Assembly (NCBI GenBank): GCA_004764695.1
Contig: SMSO01000035.1
Span: 2,046,001-2,110,000, forward strand
Reading direction: 5' to 3'
Source of the DNA: Schizochytrium sp. TIO01
Taxonomy: Eukaryota; Protista; Bigyra: Labyrinthulomycetes
Length of the DNA: 64,000 bases
In this document: positions 48,831 to 60,086 of the stretch, in pieces
How positions within the stretch are numbered: position 1 is the stretch's first letter
How the letters are laid out: each line of letters begins with the position of its first letter
Notes under the pieces: model-generated
The model's database searches: none
What the model was told of the DNA's origin: nothing
The model's input: only the letters and a program-made list of their open reading frames with translations
Program-made: the position numbers and the translations under genes

Positions 48831-51800
48831 ATGTCGTTGTCTTCACAACGCGGCGCGCTTGCACTGAGTGCCATTCTTTCAGGGTCTCTTGATACCGGCC
48901 GATCACGCTTTGAAGCCTCAGCTCGACTCGTAGCGAATGGAAAGGGCTCTGATGCGCTCTCAGATGCCCTTCGCGACCTCGTTGCCGAGATCTCTCGTGG
49001 TGGAGACGGCGCCATAAGGTCTGTGTCAGCTTTATTAAGAGCTGCGGGTGCCGCCGCAGAAGGTCGGCACCGCAGGTTCTTACTTCGTGTCTTTAGATTT
49101 GTTGCCGCGGAAATCCCCGAAAAACTCGTCGCCGCCGTCGCATATGCTCTCGAAGGTCTCGACTCTGATGCCAAGCTCGAAACTATGCTGATTATGCGCG
49201 GCATATTTGGACGTTCAGCAGTAGAAATCCGTCGGACAAGCCATGTGAAGCTTGTGCAAGCATGTTCCAGCAATCTGAAGTTTTCAAGAGCAGCTTTTGA
49301 GATTCTCCAAGTCGACGTCGAGCGCGACGAAAACTCGAGGTTTGCAAGACAATCTCCGCTTACAGCAGCTGCAGCAGACGTATTTATGCTCTGTGTTTTA
49401 GAGAATTGCGCAGAGGTTGCTGCAAGAAGAACCTCTGAGAAATTAAACGCCACGGAACGCATTTGGGATCTTCGAAGTAACATCTGTGAACATCTGCTAC
49501 TCGTACAAGAAGATGCACAATACCAGGATAATCAAAGTACTAGGAACACAACAAATCCTTCGATATTTGTGAAAGGGATGCAGGATTTAAGGGATGATGT
49601 TGAAAAGATTTGTCAGAAGACACCAGGGGTTGAAGGCTCGGCGTCATTAGAGGTTTATGTAGCGGCAATTGCCGCACATCTACTTGCGGCAGGTTCAGCT
49701 CTAGTGAAAGGAGATCCGGCATGGCAGGATCCCGAGGACGCTGTGGAGGAGATAACCACGTGTCTGGCAGAACTCAATGCAACAACACAACGCACACAGA
49801 AGTTGGCCCTGATGGAAAACCAACTTGAAGCAGATGACCAACGTTTCGAACTGGACCAAGTTGCAAAAATTCAAGTGCGCAGACTTTGTTTGCTGCTTGG
49901 TAGGTGTGCGGAAACCTCTATTTTGAACATAGTTGTGGACGCCAGGGGGCAGGCTCTTCTTCAACTTGCAGTGCAGCAACTTGGGCGTCACAGTGGTACA
50001 TGTGCAAAACTTTCAAGTGAGCTAGTGGGTATTGTCTTGCTGACGATCTGCGGTCAACCAGGAGAAGATCAAATAAGCCATGCCAACTCGCTTTCTATAG
50101 AAGATCGCGTAGGAAAAGGCTACGCACCATTATTAGATCTTCTTAAAGCTGAAGGTGCTGTCGCAGATTGTGCCTCAGAGATTCTGGCTTCGGGAGCTAA
50201 AAAATATCCAGATCAGTTGCTACCTGATATTATCGGTATTGTGGCTTCAGCACCAGCACCAGTGCATGAACGCGAAAAAGCCCTTTTGACGCTAGAAAAA
50301 TACGTTGCCTTAAATCAAGGTTCAATGAGTCCTTTCGAAGAGGTCATGCGAGCTCGTTTACTTGAACTTGCCCTTCACGAGAATCTCACCCTAAAACGTG
50401 CGTCAGGCTCGGTTCTAGGCCAAGTATCTCCAGATTCAATTGTACCTTATCTTTGTGATGAGATTGCGTCGACGACGAATGATGCCACCAGCCGCTCTGC
50501 AGCAAGTGCAGCACTCCAGTTGGTGTTTCAACACCACACAGATACACGGAAAGTTTTCACACTCTGGTTTGAGCGAGTCAACAATGATGATGAAAGTCCT
50601 CAGATGGGGCATCTTCGAGATTCTTGCAAACGTTGGGCTCGGGTGGTGCCGCCTCATCTTTGGCAAGTAATTTTCCGTGACATCATTGCGGCTTCACAGA
50701 GTAAACCTGAATCCTCAGGCCCAATTGCTGTCGCGAGACGTCTCGTTGAACCATACATCCGCGAGCATGCTCAATGTGTAATTGAAGCAGATCTCGTAGA
50801 GATGATGCGAACTCAGCCATGCCTCTCAGAAGAGCTTCTCTCTGAGAAAGGCAACGAAGAGCAAGTACGCCAACTATTGTTTCAACGGATGTCCCCATTA
50901 TTATTTTTAACGATGCTTCCCTTGAAATCAATGCTAGATTCAGGCATTAATGCATGCCGCTCTCTCGTGGTGCCCCTCTTGGAGCGGTGTATTGGAGTTT
51001 ACGAATTTAAGGAGGTTCGCCAGCTAGCAGCACAAGCTCTTGGCAGTCTAGATTTTGAGACTGTTGTTTTGCCAATTGCACAATACGGATTAGAGAATTT
51101 CGCAGCACAGTACATGGAGAATCAAGACAATAACATTGCGGAGATCGATTCGATTTCGGAATCATGCTGGAAAGATGCTATTCAGAACTTAAAGGAAAAC
51201 GTGGTCAACGAAGCAATTGATCCGCCTGATGTGACTGTAGCAAAGGCACTCGTTTTCGCTGTGCAGAACAGCATGTTCCAGAACCCGAGAGTTTCGATAT
51301 CAAGGGAATTCATCGACCTTCTAGTAAAACTTTTGCAGCTGCCGTGCAGTAGCCCTAACTCTCAACTTGCAAATTTGCAAGAAGGATCTATTCATGTCCT
51401 TAGCCAAATGGCATCAGGTCAGAAGCAAGATTGGTTAGATACTTTACAAGTACAAGCCAGGAAGCCTCAGATAGAAATTATCGGGAGCAATGATGACGTT
51501 GCAAATGGTAGTCATGCACTTGACTCTGATGACCAAGAGGATAGCGATGACGAAGGGTTTTCTTCGGGTTCTCATTCTGAAGTTTTTGCAAAAGAATGTT
51601 TGAGGCCGGGTACTCACGTCTATAAGTATCTAGTTCGGACGATCTGCCGTGATAGCTCTATTCAGGCTTCGGCTGGTCTGCGTATCTGCCTAGCCAACGT
51701 TATCCTTACAACAATGCGACGAATGGCGCAAAACGCAGCTGCTGAAGAAGAAGATAATGGCGTCCTTATCGCCATGACTGCAAACTCTATTCTTATTGAA

Positions 51801-52187
51801 CCTTTGATCCAGAGCGTGCTGTTCTCTAGAAATGAGGCCAGACAAGATCTCCCTGCTATTATTCAAGTTCTTTTTACAGCTTGCCTTTTGCGAAGCAAGG
51901 CTCTGGCTGCACCAAGCTCTCAGGGTGTAGAACTTAATAATCCCGTATTAAGCGCGACATCTGCTCAGCAACTTTGTAGGATTGCTTTGCAAGGCTTGGA
52001 TGATTCTCAAGATGATATTCGCATTTCCTGCGTCAAGCTGGTTGGTGCATTGCTTACTTTACCTTCATCAACAGCTTTGCCAGATGGTGCTACAGCTTCG
52101 TTTATTCAGAAGCTGAGTGGCCTAGCAAATCTGGATTCTTGTAAAGAAGTTCGCGCACTTGCTTCACAACTTGCTAACCAACTTTAA
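48831..52187 (+). CDS. Large ARM/HEAT-repeat alpha-solenoid protein of unknown function
   Basis: About 1118 aa uninterrupted ORF, Leu/Ala-rich and helical; HEAT-like ends EVRQLAAQALG, DDIRISCVKLVGALL, KEVRALASQL. Confidence 0.75.
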   Translation: MSLSSQRGALALSAILSGSLDTGRSRFEASARLVANGKGSDALSDALRDLVAEISRGGDGAIRSVSALLRAAGAAAEGRHRRFLLRVFRFVAAEIPEKLVAAVAYALEGLDSDAKLETMLIMRGIFGRSAVEIRRTSHVKLVQACSSNLKFSRAAFEILQVDVERDENSRFARQSPLTAAAADVFMLCVLENCAEVAARRTSEKLNATERIWDLRSNICEHLLLVQEDAQYQDNQSTRNTTNPSIFVKGMQDLRDDVEKICQKTPGVEGSASLEVYVAAIAAHLLAAGSALVKGDPAWQDPEDAVEEITTCLAELNATTQRTQKLALMENQLEADDQRFELDQVAKIQVRRLCLLLGRCAETSILNIVVDARGQALLQLAVQQLGRHSGTCAKLSSELVGIVLLTICGQPGEDQISHANSLSIEDRVGKGYAPLLDLLKAEGAVADCASEILASGAKKYPDQLLPDIIGIVASAPAPVHEREKALLTLEKYVALNQGSMSPFEEVMRARLLELALHENLTLKRASGSVLGQVSPDSIVPYLCDEIASTTNDATSRSAASAALQLVFQHHTDTRKVFTLWFERVNNDDESPQMGHLRDSCKRWARVVPPHLWQVIFRDIIAASQSKPESSGPIAVARRLVEPYIREHAQCVIEADLVEMMRTQPCLSEELLSEKGNEEQVRQLLFQRMSPLLFLTMLPLKSMLDSGINACRSLVVPLLERCIGVYEFKEVRQLAAQALGSLDFETVVLPIAQYGLENFAAQYMENQDNNIAEIDSISESCWKDAIQNLKENVVNEAIDPPDVTVAKALVFAVQNSMFQNPRVSISREFIDLLVKLLQLPCSSPNSQLANLQEGSIHVLSQMASGQKQDWLDTLQVQARKPQIEIIGSNDDVANGSHALDSDDQEDSDDEGFSSGSHSEVFAKECLRPGTHVYKYLVRTICRDSSIQASAGLRICLANVILTTMRRMAQNAAAEEEDNGVLIAMTANSILIEPLIQSVLFSRNEARQDLPAIIQVLFTACLLRSKALAAPSSQGVELNNPVLSATSAQQLCRIALQGLDDSQDDIRISCVKLVGALLTLPSSTALPDGATASFIQKLSGLANLDSCKEVRALASQLANQL

Positions 52188-52479
52188 TGATTGGGACGGA
52201 AACCCGTTCTAGCACTCAGGTAACCAACCCAACCGTTAGTCAGTTATGTCCCTAGTTTTTTCGAATAATTATTACATAATCTGTACTTTAAAATCACATT
52301 TACTACTATATCTCCTCACACTGTACATCTCATTAAGTCGCTCCCTCCTTTAACCTCTGTATTCTCAGATAGTCCAAGTGTAGCCAGTCATCGGATCTTA
52401 AATAATAGGCCAATACAAGAAATAATAATACAAGAATCGATGAAAGAAATGAAAGACGGCAGTATGAAAAGAATAAATG

Positions 52480-54376
52480 TTACATGCTACGCGAGTACAA
52501 GGTGTTACTTGCTGCCGCACTGCGTTTTTCGAGTTGTTTAGATCCTGGTGCATTTACACGCATGATATAGTTGTAACGACGACGGAAGTTACGTGATTCG
52601 TTCAGGGATCGAAGTGCAAAGTAATATTTAGCATAAGTTGCTCCTGATATGAAGAGATCCCATTGCATGAGCTTAAGAATGTTGCGTTCTAGCAAGTTGA
52701 TGCTCTGCAGCGTAAAGTGTGGGTAAATCCGAGCAAACTCAATGTTCCATGATGACAGGTCCTGCCACACCTTGGATGCAAGCAGCATTCCTGCGAGAAC
52801 GATCGGCCGCCAGTTTGAGGCATAGAGCTGCACGTTGGCGCGCTCCATCAGGCGCTCGACGTAGACGAGGCAGACCACACTACACTCACTACTGAGCTCG
52901 GCCTCAACAAACCTGTGTTGCATTTAAAGAGCAGGATTTTAAAACATTAAAAATTAGTCAACAGTGCTGAAAACAAGATGGACCGTGAACTCTGACAAGG
53001 TTTGGTCTTTTCATCACAAGGTTAGTTTGAAAAGGGAAACTTACAAATGCCGGGCAAAGGAGTAGATGCGCTCCACGCTTGGTACTTCAGGTGTTCTTTC
53101 GACACGCTCCATACGGTAAGGCACCCAAAGCGGTAGACGCGGTAGTCTCAGAAAGGCATACTTATACTGCGCTTTCAAATACAAGTCTTCCGAAAGAAGA
53201 TCACTAGCATTTCCGAGTGTGCTAACATCAAGTCCTAGAGCCCCCCTGTAGCGACCATTCTCATTTGTTGCAGGTTGTGCTTGAGCACTACCTGACGCAC
53301 TTGATGCGCTGTCCTCATCATTATTATTGTTATCCTCATCATCTTGATCATCAAAGGACGTGTCACCAGTCCTGTCGGTATCAAAGCGTCCAAGTCGACC
53401 ACGTACGCTGTTTCCACCTCTTGATGATTGCAAGCTTCCACGACGATTCCTCACAGACCCTGAATCGTCCATAGAAGTCCCACGAGCCCGAGCAATATCG
53501 CGCATATCGGAAACAGATTCGTAGCGTCTTGTGCGACCTTTTATAGAACCAGGCGTTCCTGTTTTCGAAGACTCTCGCTGACTGTTAAGACGTCTTCGTT
53601 CGCACATCATAATGTGGCGGTGAATAACGACGCTTACTCTGCGCAACGTATCGTCGCAATTAAGGTTGAAAACAGAACCCTTCTCAGAGGCAAGGTTCTC
53701 ACGGGTGCCCTGACGAGTTTCAGGTGGCTTGTACTTGACATGGCGGGCATCCGTGTTACGCATGGGCCCGAACGTCTCATACGCGGGTCGAAAAGCGGGC
53801 TTCTTTCTGGCCTTGGTGCCAGATTTGGCAGCTTTGCTGCTGTCAGCATTTTTAGCATCGCCGGATTTGGAGTTGATGGAATGAGCGCCATTTCTGCCGT
53901 TTTGGAGAGTAGCTTTTGCAGCAGAGGATCCGTTGGACTTTCTGGAGCTAGAATTGACAAACGAGTCATTGCCTGAGACGTTCTCATCGCTGAGGGCTGC
54001 TTCGTGAGTGCTCGAGAGCACTGCCGCTGAGGATGACGGTGTTGAAGTTAGTGTTGTTGCAGACGATGGTCTTGAGGTCTTGGCTTCCAGGGACGCGCCA
54101 ACTTCAGAGGGAGGCAGACTGCTGCTCAGAGCCGCCGCAACGCCTGAGGCGCGGGGGGGCTGCATCGCTGCGACCTGCACGACGACGCGGCCACTGCGAT
54201 CGAGACCGCCACGACCTGCTTCAAGGGCTGCTCGCAGCGGATACTGCGCAGGATTGTTATTGTATGCTTTCCAATGAGTCCTTGAAAGTAAAAACTTCTG
54301 TTAATTAAAAGTCTAACCCCCCAAAATGCATCTTTCGAGTAAAAAACTATGTACTTCTATCGTAGGTGCCTACCAT
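52480..54376 (-). CDS. CCNY: Cyclin Y-like protein; spliced (intron 52913-53044; probable first intron 54298-54373 after an ATG-only exon)
   Basis: Splicing TT|GTAAGT...CACAG|G joins PSVERIYSFARHL to FVEAELSSECSVVCLVYVERL...NWRPIVLAGMLLASKVWQDLSSWN...YAKYYFALR, the cyclin Y box. The 5' model ATG|GTAGGC...AACAG|AAG is in frame but less certain. Confidence 0.85.
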
Positions 54377-56657
54377 CTCCAGGCAAAGCACAAACTACTT
54401 CTGCGTCAACTCAGTCAGCGCGCAATTCGAGTGTAGCTTCCCGTGAAAATCCCGCCCCATCAGAAGCGGCGGCGACCTTTTCCGCGTGCTTTCCGCAATT
54501 GCAATTTTCATGCTACATTTCTCTCGACTGGAAATGCTTTCTTTGCACATCTCGCCAAAGTCTATTTTGTCTTCGTCTCTGCAATGACCAACGAGGTTGC
54601 ATTGCTGTGACAGGTTCAGGATTTATTTGCAAATCACACTGGCCGCCCTGACCGTGACCGTTTACACGTCGCTTCATGAGCTCGCAATGTAATCTTCACC
54701 TCAATCCATCGACTAACCAATTCTGAATTCCATCGCCAAATTAAGTTTGTTTCTTCAACTTGAAAGTTAAGACTTTAGAAGTAATGATTAAGTACGTCAT
54801 TAAAAAGAGATAGGACTACTAAAGAGGCGAAAGAGGGAGAGAAGAGAAGATCCAGAGAGGCACTGCTACCTTTTTGGCTACCTGGGACGCTACCAGGTGA
54901 CGAACGGTAGGTGGGCTGGAAGAAGCTATGGGGCACAGGGGGAGTTTGCGTGTAAAGTGTTTCCTACGAACAGTGGCGATAGCGCGGGGATGAGAGTCAA
55001 GAATCTGTCATAGTTGCCATATGCCCCCCTCATCACGCTCCGTTGTGGAAATAGGGTTCTTAGTTTCTTCATTACGTTCTTCTTTTCGCCTTCCTTAAGC
55101 ATTGAGTGAGTGACATTTATTTGGTGGACTGGGCAAAGCAAAGTCGGGCGCTGCATTCGATCAGGGCGTCAGCACGGCGCCTGAAGAATGGTTGGTTGTT
55201 GATATTGGCACTCAGCACATGACAAGGAAAGCCCATTAAGGAGAATTTGCAACAGAGTGCGGCTCAGCTGAGATTACTACACATTTGGGAGAAGAAGCGG
55301 GGAGAACTAACTAACTAACTAACATGCTTGCTTGCTTGCCTGCCTACAAATTTACACATGGTTGGGGGATGGAACTCAGGGATTAGCGAATCGATGGGCT
55401 TGGATGTGACAGAGTAAAGGAGGCACGAGTTTGTGAAGACAGTTGAAGACGAATCTTGGTGTATAGCCTGCATTTTTTTTGTGTTTTTGTTTTTCTCGCA
55501 ACAGAGATTGTAAATGTGCATCAGTCGCTATATGGTCTCCCTCCCATTGTCTGTGGTAATCGATGCCAAGGTTTGAAGATTTTCCATCTTGCGTATGAAT
55601 ATTATATATGTACTCTCTCTTGTAAAATGCGAGTATGGAAGGACTGCTGGACTCTGCCTAAATTACTGGATATGCAAACACAATTTTAGATTATGTACGG
55701 TCTTTTGAGGTCGTTTATCCTTTTTGGACATCTTCTTCGTCCAAATTCATATCTGCAGCAGATCAGGGTGCTATGAACTTAGAATTCGTTATACGAGTCC
55801 TTTTCACCTGGAACTATCAATCCCTTTGACCTTGTCGTAGTTGGTACACACCCACCATAACTGTCTTTCCGTTTTGTTTTATTTCTAATTTAAAGAGATG
55901 CCCAGTATATTTACAACGTAAACCATTCTGTTGCATTTCCCACGCTTTAGATACTGGGAACGCTGAATATCGTCTTCATTCATTCAAAATATACTCAGTA
56001 TCACTACATGTCTTTTAGCATATGCGCGATTTCCCACTCTATCAACTCTGCACGTGCTAGGGCTCTCTTGCGGCTAGACAGGTATTATTTCTGAATCGAG
56101 CGACCCATTGCATTTCTCCCTTCCGCGACAATAGCCTGAACCCCCCTGCCGAATCCTCGTGAAACCTCCATCCACCAGCTGCATCAAGCATTACTACCAT
56201 TCGAACCAAAAGCACCTTGATCACTAATTGCAAACCCACTGTGAGCACATACGAACCAGCTGAAAAAGAAGCCAAGCCCATTCAAGCGATGCGTGTGCGC
56301 CAAAACGCGCCTGTGGCCCTCTCCAACTATTTATTACAAACAGTAATGGACGGATCCCTCGAAGATGTTCCGTAGACTCCTCGTAGATGACGCACCTTAG
56401 GTCTCCCTTGACCCGGCGAAACTTAGGACAACCGCGGGGACCCCTCGGGGACCCCGTGCATGCAAGACCCGCCCACAGAGATTAGCCGAGATCTCGCGAA
56501 TTCGAGGTCTCGCCGTGAGGGACATGGACGGGAAGAGGGCTAATGGGTGGACTTGAAACGCCAGCAAGAGCTTGAGCTTAGTGGCGCATGGCGGAAAGAG
56601 CCGTCCGAATAGGCCGGTTCGAAAGCATCAACGAAGAGAAGAGTGCACAAGAACAGC

Positions 56658-56696
56658 GAATGAATGAATGAATGAATGAATGAATGAATGAATGAA
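56658..56696. repeat. (GAAT)n microsatellite
   Basis: Direct observation. Confidence 0.9.
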
Positions 56697-57179
56697 TAGT
56701 GAATTAGTGGATAAATAGATGCACCTGTGCATGCACGCATCGCTTAAATCAGCGAATCAACGAATGCGAAAGCATGGCCGCGGCCATGGACCGGGCAAAC
56801 TGGCGTGCTCCCGGAAGTCCAGCGTGCACCAAAGTACCGAAGAGGTTACTCAGTAAGTAGTGGCCAAGAAGGGCCGCAACAGCTAGCTGGTGGGTGTGTG
56901 TTAGTTCGCTGCAACAGCCATCGTTAAGAAAAGCTGCTGCTTCTTTTGGTAAGTTACCATGGTCGCAGTAGGGAGCGAGGTTAATCTACCGGTTTCAATC
57001 TTCGGAAAGGCTTGTGGCTGCACAGGAAGGTAAACCCGAGATAGGCATTGAGCCAGGATGAAGCAGGGAGTTTAATACCGATGCAGATTTGTTGAGACCA
57101 AATGGTGGAAGTGTTGGATTTGGTCGTTGAATCACACTAGGACTCGGAGCCATAGTAGTAGAGGAAGATTTGCAGAGTG

Positions 57180-57720
57180 CCAGTCCTAGGGCAGTATCCA
57201 AGAGAACCACGCTTGGATGAAGAAAAAAGTCGATAATAACTGCTTCGAAACTACCGCGAGCAAGTACTTGATCATCCGCTGTATAAACTTCTTCATCGTG
57301 CAAATGGTGGTGACTAGGTGCTATCTGAAATTGAGGTGTTCAAGAGTTATCGCTAAATATGTTTCACGCGCTCGCTCGGGCGCATCAACTTTGACCGGGC
57401 TTGGGGCACTTGTATGGGACGGGACAAATACGGTTCCATCTAAATTGCAGGTATGCAGGGGTATCCTTCTTGTTTGAGCGATGCCCATTTTTGCAAGATT
57501 CACGGTTTAAGATCAGGATTTACCGACACTTTACTAGTGTATTTGTAGTAGCATATGGCCCATAGAAGCTGCATGCAGTATTCAGTTGTTACTTAACAAA
57601 AGGAAATTGATCGGGCAACTTGTTGGCAAGTGTAATGTTTTGCCAAGCCTTCCTTTCGGAGATAGATGGAAAGATAACTTTAGGACATGTTTTTTGCATC
57701 CTCGAAAAAAAGTAGATCGG
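57180..57720 (-). mobile_element. Possible decayed non-LTR retrotransposon reverse-transcriptase fragment
   Basis: Interrupted fragments RGCK/TCPKVIF, TVNLAKM and TYLAITLEHLNFR*HLVTTIC occur in the order of the LINE RT motifs GVxQGCPLSP, LxxNxxK and YLGxxLDxxLxFxxH. Confidence 0.3.
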
Positions 57721-58021
57721 GCAACTTCTAAAATGATGAATAACATGCAAATTTCTTCGTCCTTACAAAGAACAAAAGTTAAATCCACATAGGGACCAGA
57801 TACTGCTCGCAGCCAACGTAAGCCAACAACTTTCATTCTTCAAAAATAATAGCCATCACTACTAACCAAAACCAGCGTTGAAGTTGGCGTATGCGCATCA
57901 CGGATGCAAGCAAACCCGCAACTCCAAAGCCTCAAAGCAAAGTAATTCAAAGCAAACTGACAACTCGTAAGATTTTAAGCAATCAAGTTCATCAAAGCCA
58001 AGACATTGCACCACCATCACC

Positions 58022-58879
58022 ATGAAGGCTTTTGCTATGTGGATCCTTGTTGTGCTTGGGCTTGCCTGCTCTCAGGCTAATGCCCTTGAGCTAGACGATG
58101 CGACGCTCGCTGACTCTCTCGAGACCCAAAGTCTCCGCCAACTTGGCTCCTCAACCTACGAATGCCCTTCTGACAGCCGTCCCCGCCGCAACCGCCCACG
58201 CAAGTTCGATCATTGTCGTTGCGACTCTGGTTTCGAGCGCGATGAAGACCTCGAGGCGTGTGTCAAGTGGCTCTACCTTGACCTGACCAACCTTGCTATT
58301 ATGCAGCCCAATTCCCCCTTTCTCGTGGTGTCCCACAACGAGTATGCGCCCAAGCTCTTCGTCCCTGGACATCCTGCAAGAGACGAGCTGCGAAGCATTG
58401 CCGAGATGGGTGATGCTACATCTGCGCAAGCTCTGTATGAGCAAGATGAGAATACGTTGACCTCATCCATCGGAAGCCCCATTGCACCTGGTGGCAATGC
58501 CACCATCAAGGTCGCTGTGAACAGCGCGTATCCCTTGGTGACTCTCGCTGCTATGTGTGGTAATACCAATGACTGCTTTGTCGCTGTCAACGGCATGCAT
58601 CTGTACCCTGGTCAGGTTCTCTACCAGCCTGGTTGGGATGCCGGCACCGAACTTAACAACGAACTCTGCACCTTTGTCCCAGGCCCTGCTTGCCCTGCTG
58701 GAAGCGGCAACGGGCAGACTGAAACTGGAGAAGGCTATGTTCACATCCACCCTGGATTTCACGGTGTGAACAAGGGTCGCACCGACCTCAGTGCCGATGA
58801 ACTTGGTGCAGATGGTGAGCCCCTTGGCACCGCTCTCGACTGGCGTAACCCCATGCTACAGGTGGTCGTATCTGCTTAA
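58022..58879 (+). CDS. Secreted Spondin_N-domain protein with a short N-terminal Cys-rich module
   Basis: Signal peptide MKAFAMWILVVLGLACSQANA; QPNSPFLVVSHN, LRSIAEMGD, AAMCGNTNDCFVAVNG, WDAGTELNNE, GEGYVHIHPG are typical of bacterial/algal spondin-domain proteins. Confidence 0.85.
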   Translation: MKAFAMWILVVLGLACSQANALELDDATLADSLETQSLRQLGSSTYECPSDSRPRRNRPRKFDHCRCDSGFERDEDLEACVKWLYLDLTNLAIMQPNSPFLVVSHNEYAPKLFVPGHPARDELRSIAEMGDATSAQALYEQDENTLTSSIGSPIAPGGNATIKVAVNSAYPLVTLAAMCGNTNDCFVAVNGMHLYPGQVLYQPGWDAGTELNNELCTFVPGPACPAGSGNGQTETGEGYVHIHPGFHGVNKGRTDLSADELGADGEPLGTALDWRNPMLQVVVSA

Positions 58880-59019
58880 AGCTTTCGACAAAGTTATCCA
58901 CAGAACGCACCTCTTTTTCTTTAGCGTTACTTGATTTAACTCAGCTTAAAAGTCTCAGGATTGTATTTGGCGAATCCTTATAAGAAATAACAATATCATT
59001 TTAAAGAATATTTAGACCT

Positions 59020-59481
59020 CTACTTTGGTCGAAATGGTACAGCAGAGAAATTGTCATTCCACCGTTTGAAAGCTGGATGATAGTTGAACTGATCGATTAA
59101 TACTTGTACACCCTTTGCGTGCTCTGCTTTTGCACTATCATACAATCCGCTAATTTCATGTGTGAGACCTGCATATTTGCGCTCAAAAGGGCCAATAGCT
59201 TTATCAAACTCTTTAGCCCATGCTGCGTTGGTCGAAAGGTTCTTTTCAATTTGTTCACGACGCCGCTTGAGCATATCAATTTGATCTTCGAACTCCTTCT
59301 TGCCCACACGGTCTGCTCTGATCTCCCGCTGTAGTTCTTTTAACTGACCGCGGAGGACCTCAATCGTATTGCCAAGGTCACTGGCTGTCTTGTGAAAAGC
59401 ATCAGAGCTTCTTTGTTTTGCTGCACGGCGCACCTGTGCGTTTCGATGCACCAGTGCTTCGCTTGTAACGCCATGAACCAT
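59020..59481 (-). CDS. Coiled-coil protein, divergent SSNA1/DIP13 (NA14)-like
   Basis: Ungapped register match to SSNA1 (L...IE.L....EL.R.I......K.........L.......NL......EFD..I...E..Y) plus an aromatic C-terminal extension. Confidence 0.6.
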   Translation of the reverse strand: MVHGVTSEALVHRNAQVRRAAKQRSSDAFHKTASDLGNTIEVLRGQLKELQREIRADRVGKKEFEDQIDMLKRRREQIEKNLSTNAAWAKEFDKAIGPFERKYAGLTHEISGLYDSAKAEHAKGVQVLIDQFNYHPAFKRWNDNFSAVPFRPK

Positions 59482-60086
59482 TGCAACTATCCCGTTTCCA
59501 AGACAGCGACCACCCTACGCTCCAAACTGATTTTAACGCGAGCTGTTCGTCCGTGCCCTGCGCAAGTCTATTTGCAGCTCATGCAGATTACTTTGCTGAC
59601 CCTGAACTTGACGTCTTACAGTTCAAGAAAGGAAGCCGCTTAATAAGAATGCCATGACTGATTCTTAAAAAGGTGTGCGCTCAACGACTATTATATAGTG
59701 TTCTTCATTTTTGAGGTCATAACTGACTTTGCAAGAAAAGATGTCTGGCCTCTTTTATATAGTTTTTCATTTTAAAAAAGGGCAGACTACATATTTATTG
59801 TGTTCGGGGCTACCTGTTGGAGCAAAATAAGAAAGTTAATTCCATCGAGAGGAATTATCTGAAAGCTGGCATCAGCTGATCCTTTTCTTGTGTCCTTTTA
59901 ATGTTTATTTTTACATAGGCCTATCTAAATCATTGAAGCTGAAAACAAATATATTAATGGCGAGGTCTAGCGACAAAGGTACAAATTAAAGTCATATCAG
60001 TGGCCTCAATAGATGTACAGCCCATATCTCCCTTTCGATCTCAATTTTTTTAAGGTCAACAAGGGATGAGAAACGAGGAACTATCT

